From assembly GCA_947626565.1 (NCBI GenBank), contig CANQSQ010000005.1:6462-70461 (forward strand): a DNA stretch of 64,000 nt. The letters are read 5' to 3'. Positions 57,914-64,000 of this stretch are shown one piece after another. The position numbers and the translations under genes are program-made. Each line of letters starts with the position of its first letter. The stretch's first letter is position 1. The notes under the pieces are model-generated. The model saw only the letters and a program-made list of their open reading frames with translations, had not been told where the DNA came from and ran no database searches. The stretch is from an uncultured Bacilli bacterium (GTDB taxonomy: Bacteria; Bacillota_I; Bacilli_A; RF39; UBA660).

Positions 57914-59062
57914 ATGGCAACAAAAAGAGACTATTATGAAGTATTAGGCGTAGATAAAAATGCAAGTGATGCTGAGATAAAAAGTGCCTTTAGAAAAAAA
58001 GCTAAACAATTTCATCCTGATTTAAATAAAGATGATCCATCAGCTGCTGAAAAGTTTAAAGAAGCACAAGAAGCTTATGAAGTATTATCAGATGAGGCAA
58101 AACGTAAGATGTATGATCAATATGGTCATGCTGGAGTAGGTGGAGGTGCTGCAGGAGGTCCTGGTGGCTATTCGGGTGGCTTTAATGCTAGCGATTTTGA
58201 TTTTGGCGATATTTTTGATACCATCTTTGGAGCTGGAGGTGGTGGCTTTGGTGGCTTCTCTGGTTTTGGTGGTAATAGTTCATCTTCACGCGCTAGTCGT
58301 GGTAGCGATGTTTTAATGCGAATGGATTTAGATTTTGAAGAAGCTATTTATGGTTGTGAGAAGAAATTTTCTTTAGATGTTGTAGAAGAATGTGACGAAT
58401 GTCATGGTAATGGTGGCTTTGATAGAGAAGAATGCAAGACTTGTCATGGAAGTGGTACTATTACTTCTCAGCAACAAACTATTTTGGGGGCTTTTATGTC
58501 ACGTACTACTTGTCCTGATTGTAATGGAAAAGGTGTTACATATAAACGAAAATGTAGTGAGTGTAATGGTAAAGGTAGAATAAAAAAGAAAAAGAATCTA
58601 ACTATAAATATTCCAGCTGGTATTGCTTCAGGAGATCGTCAACGTCTTAGTGGAAAGGGTAATCCTGGAGCTAATGGTGGTCCTAATGGTGATTTGTATA
58701 TTGAATTTGTAGTAGATGAACATGATTATTTTGAAAGAGAAAATGATGATATTTATTTAGAAGTTCCTCTTACCTTAACAGAAGCTATATTAGGCTGTAA
58801 AAAAACGATTCCTACTTTATATGGAAATGTTAAGGTAAATGTAGCTCCAGGTACTGATAGTGGAGATAAGGAAAGAATTAAAGGAAAAGGTGTAGATAAT
58901 AAGTTTCATCGTCATAAAGGTGATATGTATATTGTCTTTAAAGTTGATTTACCAAAGAAATTAAACCGTGAACAAAAGAGTTTAATTGAAAAATTAGCTA
59001 ATACAGATATGGACACAGAGGCTACTAAAGATTTTCAAAAGTTTGTAAGAAAAAATGATTAG
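57914..59062 (+). CDS. dnaJ: Co-chaperone DnaJ
   Basis: It has a J domain with HPD (KQFHPDLNK), a G/F-rich linker and four CxxCxGxG zinc-finger repeats. Confidence 0.97.
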   Translation: MATKRDYYEVLGVDKNASDAEIKSAFRKKAKQFHPDLNKDDPSAAEKFKEAQEAYEVLSDEAKRKMYDQYGHAGVGGGAAGGPGGYSGGFNASDFDFGDIFDTIFGAGGGGFGGFSGFGGNSSSSRASRGSDVLMRMDLDFEEAIYGCEKKFSLDVVEECDECHGNGGFDREECKTCHGSGTITSQQQTILGAFMSRTTCPDCNGKGVTYKRKCSECNGKGRIKKKKNLTINIPAGIASGDRQRLSGKGNPGANGGPNGDLYIEFVVDEHDYFERENDDIYLEVPLTLTEAILGCKKTIPTLYGNVKVNVAPGTDSGDKERIKGKGVDNKFHRHKGDMYIVFKVDLPKKLNREQKSLIEKLANTDMDTEATKDFQKFVRKND

Positions 59063-59087
59063 AAGAGTAAAATCTTCTTTTTTTTTG
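59061..59087 (+). terminator. Intrinsic terminator after dnaJ
   Basis: A short stem agaaga/tcttct is followed by a long T-run. Confidence 0.55.
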
Positions 59088-59155
59088 AAAAAAATGTAAT
59101 TTAGGACTAAAAAAAATTTTAAATATAGGTTATAATGATAATAGAGGTGATAAGA

Positions 59156-59353
59156 ATGAGTAAGAAGGGTAGTAAAAAAAGTAAGCAAGAAACTAAACAA
59201 GTTACGTTGGTATTAGTAGCTTTGGCAATTGTATTAATTATAGCTATTATTTTTGGTAGTATTTTAATTAATAAGAATAATAATGATAACGTTAATAGTG
59301 ACCCTAGTAAGGGTGGCGTAGTTGATGATTTACCTGATAGATTTAAAAATTAG
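59156..59353 (+). CDS. Small single-pass membrane protein (65 aa)
   Basis: The ATG at 59156 follows a GAGGTGA RBS. The protein has a basic N-terminus and one TM helix (VTLVLVALAIVLIIAIIFGSILI). A hairpin plus T-run follows at about 59351-59375. Confidence 0.55.
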   Translation: MSKKGSKKSKQETKQVTLVLVALAIVLIIAIIFGSILINKNNNDNVNSDPSKGGVVDDLPDRFKN

Positions 59354-59421
59354 AGTTTTAGAACTCTTTTTTTCTTGCGAAAAGATGCAATTCATTATAT
59401 AGTTGAGTTAGGAGGTTAGAA

Positions 59422-60954
59422 ATGGATATACAATTAATTGGAGCCTTAGACTATAAAAAGGTTGATAAGGTGCTTGAAAGTAAAATAGAGAATAAAGAGG
59501 ATAGAGATGAGATAATTGAAAAATTAAAAAAGATAGAAGTTGCTAGAAGGAGTGAAATAGTTGCTGCTTCGGGTAGACTTTCGCGATTTGCTGGAGATGT
59601 TTTGGAAATATTAGGAATAAGTGAAGAGAAAACTTTACAACAAAATAGTAAATTTGCGAGTAGAGTTTGTGGCATGGGACATAATTCGATAAGTGATCAT
59701 GATTACTATGTTTTGGCTTTAAAGAATGTTAGTCCTGTTATTGAACAGACAATTATCGCTGAAAGATTTTCATCTTTTACAATTAAGTCGAGAAGAGAAG
59801 TAGACTTTTCTAATGCGGGTTTTTATGTACCTGATTTCCATGATAAAGAGGGTAATGTAGTAGAAAATAATGCAGAAATAAAGGAAAAATTTGAAAAGCA
59901 TACTAAGTATTTGTTTAATATGTATCAGGCTTTTTTAGAAATGGGTGTTTCTAAAGAAGATGCGAGGTTTGTGCTACCTTATAATTATAATTCTAATATT
60001 ATAATGGGGGTAGATGCACATACACTTAAGGATATGATTATTAAATTTACGAAGACAAAGTATGCTAATATTGGAGAAATAAGAGAACTGGGTGAAAAAT
60101 TATATGCTATAGCAAAGAAAAATTGTCCTTATATTATTGAGGAAATTGATAAAATACCAGTGCAAAATAAGGATGCTGTTGATGAGTATTTACAAGATAA
60201 TTTAAAGGAAACAACGTATGAAGTAAGAGGTAAGACTAAAATATTAAATGCAACTAATGATAATGATGACGATATTTTAGTATCAGCTTTGATGAGACGA
60301 AGAAATCTTACTTTTGAGGAAGCTTGGGATGTATATGAACAGGCAGTGATAAATAATCCTAATTTCAAAAAAGAGCTAATGCGAAAAATAGTTTTTGAAG
60401 GAGATAAAGATGAGTTAGCACAAGTTAATTTTCAATTACAGATACCTATTTCCTTTGCGGTATTAACGCATTTGACTCGTCACAGAACTCATAATATTTT
60501 AATACCAGATTTTGTTCCGGTTGTTGATTTAAAACAATATAAGATACCTCCAGCTATTGCGAAGAATCCTAGTTTAAAGGCAAAGTTTGAAGAAATATTT
60601 GCGACTAATGCGATGTTTTATGAAGAATTAAAGAATTTAGGCATAAGAGATGAAGATTTAGTTTATTGCACTTTGTCTGGAAATATGGTTAATGTAGTAA
60701 CTAATATGGATGGAAAAACTCTTGAACATATTTTAGCCTTAAGAGAATGTAATAAGGCTCAATGGGAAATAAGACAAGTTGCTAATGATATTCATAAAGA
60801 AGTTGCTAAAGCTAATAATAGTTCTATTTTGGCTAGTTTATTGGGTCCTACTTGTGTAACAAGAGGTATTTGTAAAGAAGGTAAGGAAAGTTGTGGTCGT
60901 TTAGAGGCTATAAAGAAAGGTGAAGAGAAGGGCTTTCAATATATTAAGAAATAA
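59422..60954 (+). CDS. thyX: Flavin-dependent thymidylate synthase ThyX, long tandem (pseudo-dimer) form
   Basis: The 510-aa protein has two ThyX-like halves. The N-terminal half has GHNSISDHDYY and AERFSSFTIKSRR, and the C-terminal half has LTRHRTHN. Confidence 0.75.
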   Translation: MDIQLIGALDYKKVDKVLESKIENKEDRDEIIEKLKKIEVARRSEIVAASGRLSRFAGDVLEILGISEEKTLQQNSKFASRVCGMGHNSISDHDYYVLALKNVSPVIEQTIIAERFSSFTIKSRREVDFSNAGFYVPDFHDKEGNVVENNAEIKEKFEKHTKYLFNMYQAFLEMGVSKEDARFVLPYNYNSNIIMGVDAHTLKDMIIKFTKTKYANIGEIRELGEKLYAIAKKNCPYIIEEIDKIPVQNKDAVDEYLQDNLKETTYEVRGKTKILNATNDNDDDILVSALMRRRNLTFEEAWDVYEQAVINNPNFKKELMRKIVFEGDKDELAQVNFQLQIPISFAVLTHLTRHRTHNILIPDFVPVVDLKQYKIPPAIAKNPSLKAKFEEIFATNAMFYEELKNLGIRDEDLVYCTLSGNMVNVVTNMDGKTLEHILALRECNKAQWEIRQVANDIHKEVAKANNSSILASLLGPTCVTRGICKEGKESCGRLEAIKKGEEKGFQYIKK

Positions 60955-61095
60955 TTATATAAAAGATTATATAAAAGTAATTGGTAAATTGTTATTACTT
61001 TGCAAATGATTATAATGTATTTTGTGAATGATTATAAATGTACTTTGATAAGAATTGAAATATAAATAAATGGTGTGGTTGAAATTACAATAAAG

Positions 61096-61124
61096 AAAAA
61101 AGTTTGGAAAGCCAAACTTTTTTT
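61096..61124. terminator. Bidirectional intrinsic terminator between convergent thyX and rnhC
   Basis: The stem aaaagtttgg/ccaaactttt has a 4-nt loop and is flanked by an A-run and a T-run. Confidence 0.75.
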
Positions 61125-61202
61125 AGTACATAAATTTTTACTGGTAAATAAATCTTTTAGTATATGATTTTTTAGCAAATAACTTTTTTTAGATACAAAC
61201 GT

Positions 61203-62114
61203 TTAGTAGATTAAGGTGTGGAGAATACGATCAGTGTTTTTGAAGTTAACTTTGGCAATAGATTTTAATTTTTCTTCACCATACTTTTCAACAACTTCTT
61301 CGCCTACCTTATCAACGTCACTACCGGCTCCTTTGGGAAGAGGTATGTGAATTTCATCACAAATTTTGTCAAATTCTTTTAAAAATAAATAACGGCTAAT
61401 GATAGAGCCACAAGCAACAGCTAAATTTTTATCTTCAGCCTTGGTCATAAAAGTAATATTTTTTTGAATATGAGGAATTTCTTTTATATATTCATAGTAT
61501 CTAGCTTCACGGGCAAATTCATCTACAATAATATAATCAACGGATAAGTTTTCTTCCGTCATTAATTGATAAAGAACTTTATTATGCATTATAGCTTTAA
61601 TTTTATTCATATTAATATCTTTAGTGTATTTTTCATTGTATTCTTTGTTAGTTAAAATAGTACTACGGTATTTAATTTTTTTGGCAATTTCAGGCGCAAT
61701 TTTTTTAATTTTACTGTCATCAATTTTTTTAGAATCACCAACTCCTAATTTTTCTAAGTAGGGAATATCTTCTTTAGGTACATAGCAGGCAGTAACAACA
61801 ATAGGACCAAAGTAATCACCAGTACCAACTTCATCAGAACCAACACTAGTACAATAATAGTATTTTTCTTCTTCCTTTTTACGTTGGGCTTGTTTTTCTT
61901 TGGTATTTTCTAAAGCTGTACCCCACATAGCAGCATCTACATCAGCACTAACACCTTGAAACATGACTTTGCCTGATTCATACATAGTAATAACGGTATC
62001 TTCTTCTTGAGCTTGAAAAACAACATAAGGAATTACTTTATCTCTTTTTTTGTCCTTATAATATTCAATCATTTTTTCTTTAATTTCATCATTTACTTTA
62101 ATTACGACATTCAT
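61203..62114 (-). CDS. rnhC: Ribonuclease HIII
   Basis: It has an N-terminal TBP-like domain and an RNase HII/HIII catalytic core (GSDEVGTGDYFGP, VDEFA, GAGS). Confidence 0.9.
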   Translation of the reverse strand: MNVVIKVNDEIKEKMIEYYKDKKRDKVIPYVVFQAQEEDTVITMYESGKVMFQGVSADVDAAMWGTALENTKEKQAQRKKEEEKYYYCTSVGSDEVGTGDYFGPIVVTACYVPKEDIPYLEKLGVGDSKKIDDSKIKKIAPEIAKKIKYRSTILTNKEYNEKYTKDINMNKIKAIMHNKVLYQLMTEENLSVDYIIVDEFAREARYYEYIKEIPHIQKNITFMTKAEDKNLAVACGSIISRYLFLKEFDKICDEIHIPLPKGAGSDVDKVGEEVVEKYGEEKLKSIAKVNFKNTDRILHTLIY

Positions 62115-62223
62115 AATAAACCTCCTTTTATGTAAAAGTAAAATTTTTTATAGCTAAAGTTAAGCTCTAAAATATTATAGCATATATTTTCCAAATAAGT
62201 TATAATGATTATAGGAGGAGTAT

Positions 62224-62928
62224 ATGAATGTATTAGATATTGGGATTATATTATTATTTATAATGAGTTTTATTATGGGGGTTAAGAGTGGTGCTATTAA
62301 GGAGATTTGTTCGTTAATTGGAATTATATTAGTTTTTACAGTTTCTTTTTGGCTAATGAGACCCTTTGGTAGTTTATTATGCAAAATTTTACCTTTTTTT
62401 AATTATTTTGGAGCATTTAAAGATTTAGAAATTATAAATGTTATAATTTATCAGTTAATAGCGTTTGTTATTGTTTTCTCGATATTAATAGCCTTTTATT
62501 TTACTTTGTTAAAGATATCAGGAGTAATAGAAAAATTGGTTGATTTTACGATAATTTTGTTGTTGCCTTCTAAAATTATAGGAGGGTTAGTATCCTTTAT
62601 AACAGGGTATATTATGATATTTATGGTGTTATTAGTTTTAATGATTCCTTTAAAAAATACAGATGTTTTTGAAGAAAGTAAGATTGGTAATTATATGATT
62701 AATGAGACACCAATATTATCTAAGTCAACGAAAAATATTACAACAGCAATAGAAAAAATTATGACTTTGAGCGATAATAAATTAACTATGGAAGAGAAGG
62801 TTTTAAATACATTAGATATAATGTTGGAGTATAAAATCGTGAGTAAAGACACTATAAATGATTTACTTGATTCTAAAAAAATAACGAAAGTTGATGGAAT
62901 GAGTAAAATTTTAGATAAATATGAATAA
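62224..62928 (+). CDS. cvpA: CvpA-family membrane protein
   Basis: The N-terminus MNVLDIGIILLFIMSFIMGVKSGAIKEI is typical of CvpA, the protein has 4 TM helices, and it lies divergent from and adjacent to rnhC as in Bacillus (yshB). Confidence 0.78.
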   Translation: MNVLDIGIILLFIMSFIMGVKSGAIKEICSLIGIILVFTVSFWLMRPFGSLLCKILPFFNYFGAFKDLEIINVIIYQLIAFVIVFSILIAFYFTLLKISGVIEKLVDFTIILLLPSKIIGGLVSFITGYIMIFMVLLVLMIPLKNTDVFEESKIGNYMINETPILSKSTKNITTAIEKIMTLSDNKLTMEEKVLNTLDIMLEYKIVSKDTINDLLDSKKITKVDGMSKILDKYE

Positions 62929-63030
62929 GTAATAAATTAGTAATTAAAAAGATTGTGAAAAATTGAAAAATTACTTGTTTATAGAAAAAAGAATTGCTAT
63001 ACTAAAAGTGTGTTTAAGAGGAGGAATAAA

Positions 63031-64000
63031 ATGCATAAATACGTATACTTATTCAGTGAAGGAAATGCTGATATGAGAGAACTCCTTGGAGGAAAGGGAG
63101 CTAATTTAGCAGAAATGACTAATATTGGTTTACCAGTACCACAAGGATTTACAATTACAACTGAAGCATGTACTCAGTATTATGAAGATGGAAGAGAAAT
63201 TAATGAAGAAATTCAATCACAAATAAATGAGTACATTGAGAAAATGGAAGAAATAACAGGTAAGAAATTTGGTGACAAAGAAAATCCGTTATTAGTTTCT
63301 GTTAGATCAGGAGCTAGAGCATCTATGCCAGGAATGATGGATACGATTTTAAATCTTGGTTTAAATGAAGATGTTGTAAAAGTAATAGCAGAAAAGAGTA
63401 ATAATCCAAGATGGGCTTGGGATTGCTATAGAAGATTTATTCAAATGTATTCTGATGTAGTAATGGAAGTTGGTAAGAAATACTTTGAAGAATTGATTGA
63501 TAAAATGAAAGCTAAAAAAGGAGTTACACAAGATGTTGAATTAGATGCAGATGATTTAAAAGAATTAGCTAGTCAATTTAAGAAAGAATATAAGAAAAAA
63601 ATCGGTAGTGAATTTCCAACTGATCCTAAAGAACAATTAATGGGAGCAATTAAAGCTGTATTCCGTTCATGGGATAATCCAAGAGCTAATGTTTACAGAA
63701 GAGATAATGATATTCCTTATTCATGGGGAACAGCTGTAAATGTTCAATCAATGGCTTTTGGTAATATGGGTGATGATTGTGGAACAGGTGTTGCCTTTAC
63801 TCGTGATCCAGCTACTGGTGAAAAGGGACTATTTGGTGAATTCTTAACAAATGCTCAAGGAGAAGATGTTGTTGCTGGAGTTCGTACACCAATGAAAATA
63901 GCTGAAATGGAAGAAAAATTCCCAGAAGCATTTAAACAATTTAAAGATGTTTGTAAAACTTTGGAAGAACATTATAGAGATATGCAAGATATGGAATTTA
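63031..64000 (+). CDS. ppdK: Pyruvate, phosphate dikinase, 3'-truncated by the window edge
   Basis: My hand translation from the ATG at 63031 (RBS GAGGAGG) is MHKYVYLFSEGNADMRELLGGKGANLAEMTNIGLPVPQGFTITTEAC..., a typical PPDK N-terminus. The frame is open to position 64000 and is not in the ORF track because it has no stop. Confidence 0.92.
   Translation, partial: MHKYVYLFSEGNADMRELLGGKGANLAEMTNIGLPVPQGFTITTEACTQYYEDGREINEEIQSQINEYIEKMEEITGKKFGDKENPLLVSVRSGARASMPGMMDTILNLGLNEDVVKVIAEKSNNPRWAWDCYRRFIQMYSDVVMEVGKKYFEELIDKMKAKKGVTQDVELDADDLKELASQFKKEYKKKIGSEFPTDPKEQLMGAIKAVFRSWDNPRANVYRRDNDIPYSWGTAVNVQSMAFGNMGDDCGTGVAFTRDPATGEKGLFGEFLTNAQGEDVVAGVRTPMKIAEMEEKFPEAFKQFKDVCKTLEEHYRDMQDMEF

Noticed and set aside
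61003-61047. A tandem imperfect ~22-bp direct repeat (caaatgattataatgtattttg / tgaatgattataaatgtactttg) and a nearby 8-bp hairpin (60973-61000) lie in the thyX-rnhC convergent spacer.
   Set aside because: There are only two imperfect copies in very AT-rich DNA. They have no associated promoter, RBS or ORF and are too short for a CRISPR or satellite call. They could be a small RNA or a protein-binding site, but nothing in the sequence supports that.

Overview
The window is a low-GC (about 30% by eye) Bacillota chromosome segment. It uses the standard genetic code: TGA terminates comEA, so this is not code 4. Coding is dense and strongly biased to the + strand. Gene order resembles Bacillus in places (pnp-ylxY-like, dnaI...thrS, ylbD-ylbE-ylbF-rsmD, hrcA-grpE-dnaK-dnaJ, rnhC-cvpA). 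A short SMC and a YjcZ-like tiny protein suggest an Erysipelotrichales-like spore-former, but that is only a guess.

Most of the window is housekeeping: pnp (5' partial), smc, def, a SEDS protein, a DHH phosphoesterase, comEA/comEC, dnaI, thrS behind a T-box, a HelD-type helicase, LemA/DUF2207, a two-component system, mtaB, recD2, parE/parC, leuS, the hrcA regulon with two CIRCE operators, a long tandem thyX, rnhC, cvpA and ppdK (3' partial). I saw no rRNA, tRNA, CRISPR array, transposase, integrase or reverse transcriptase.

The signals most worth follow-up are these:
1. An abrupt 114-bp patch (50705-50818) lies near the 3' end of a vWA surface-protein gene. It is A-depleted, about 53% GC, and 22 of its 38 codons are NNC. 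It looks like an orphan diversity-generating-retroelement variable region, but no template repeat or RT is in this window.
2. A four-segment, Leu-codon leader-peptide attenuator sits in front of leuS. Firmicutes normally use a T-box at this position.
3. A glycine-rich, discoidin-like and ricin-lectin-like surface protein with a pilin-like N-terminus occupies the slot after rsmD where Bacillus has coaD.

Several orphan gene clusters and degenerate enzymes are also flagged at lower interest.
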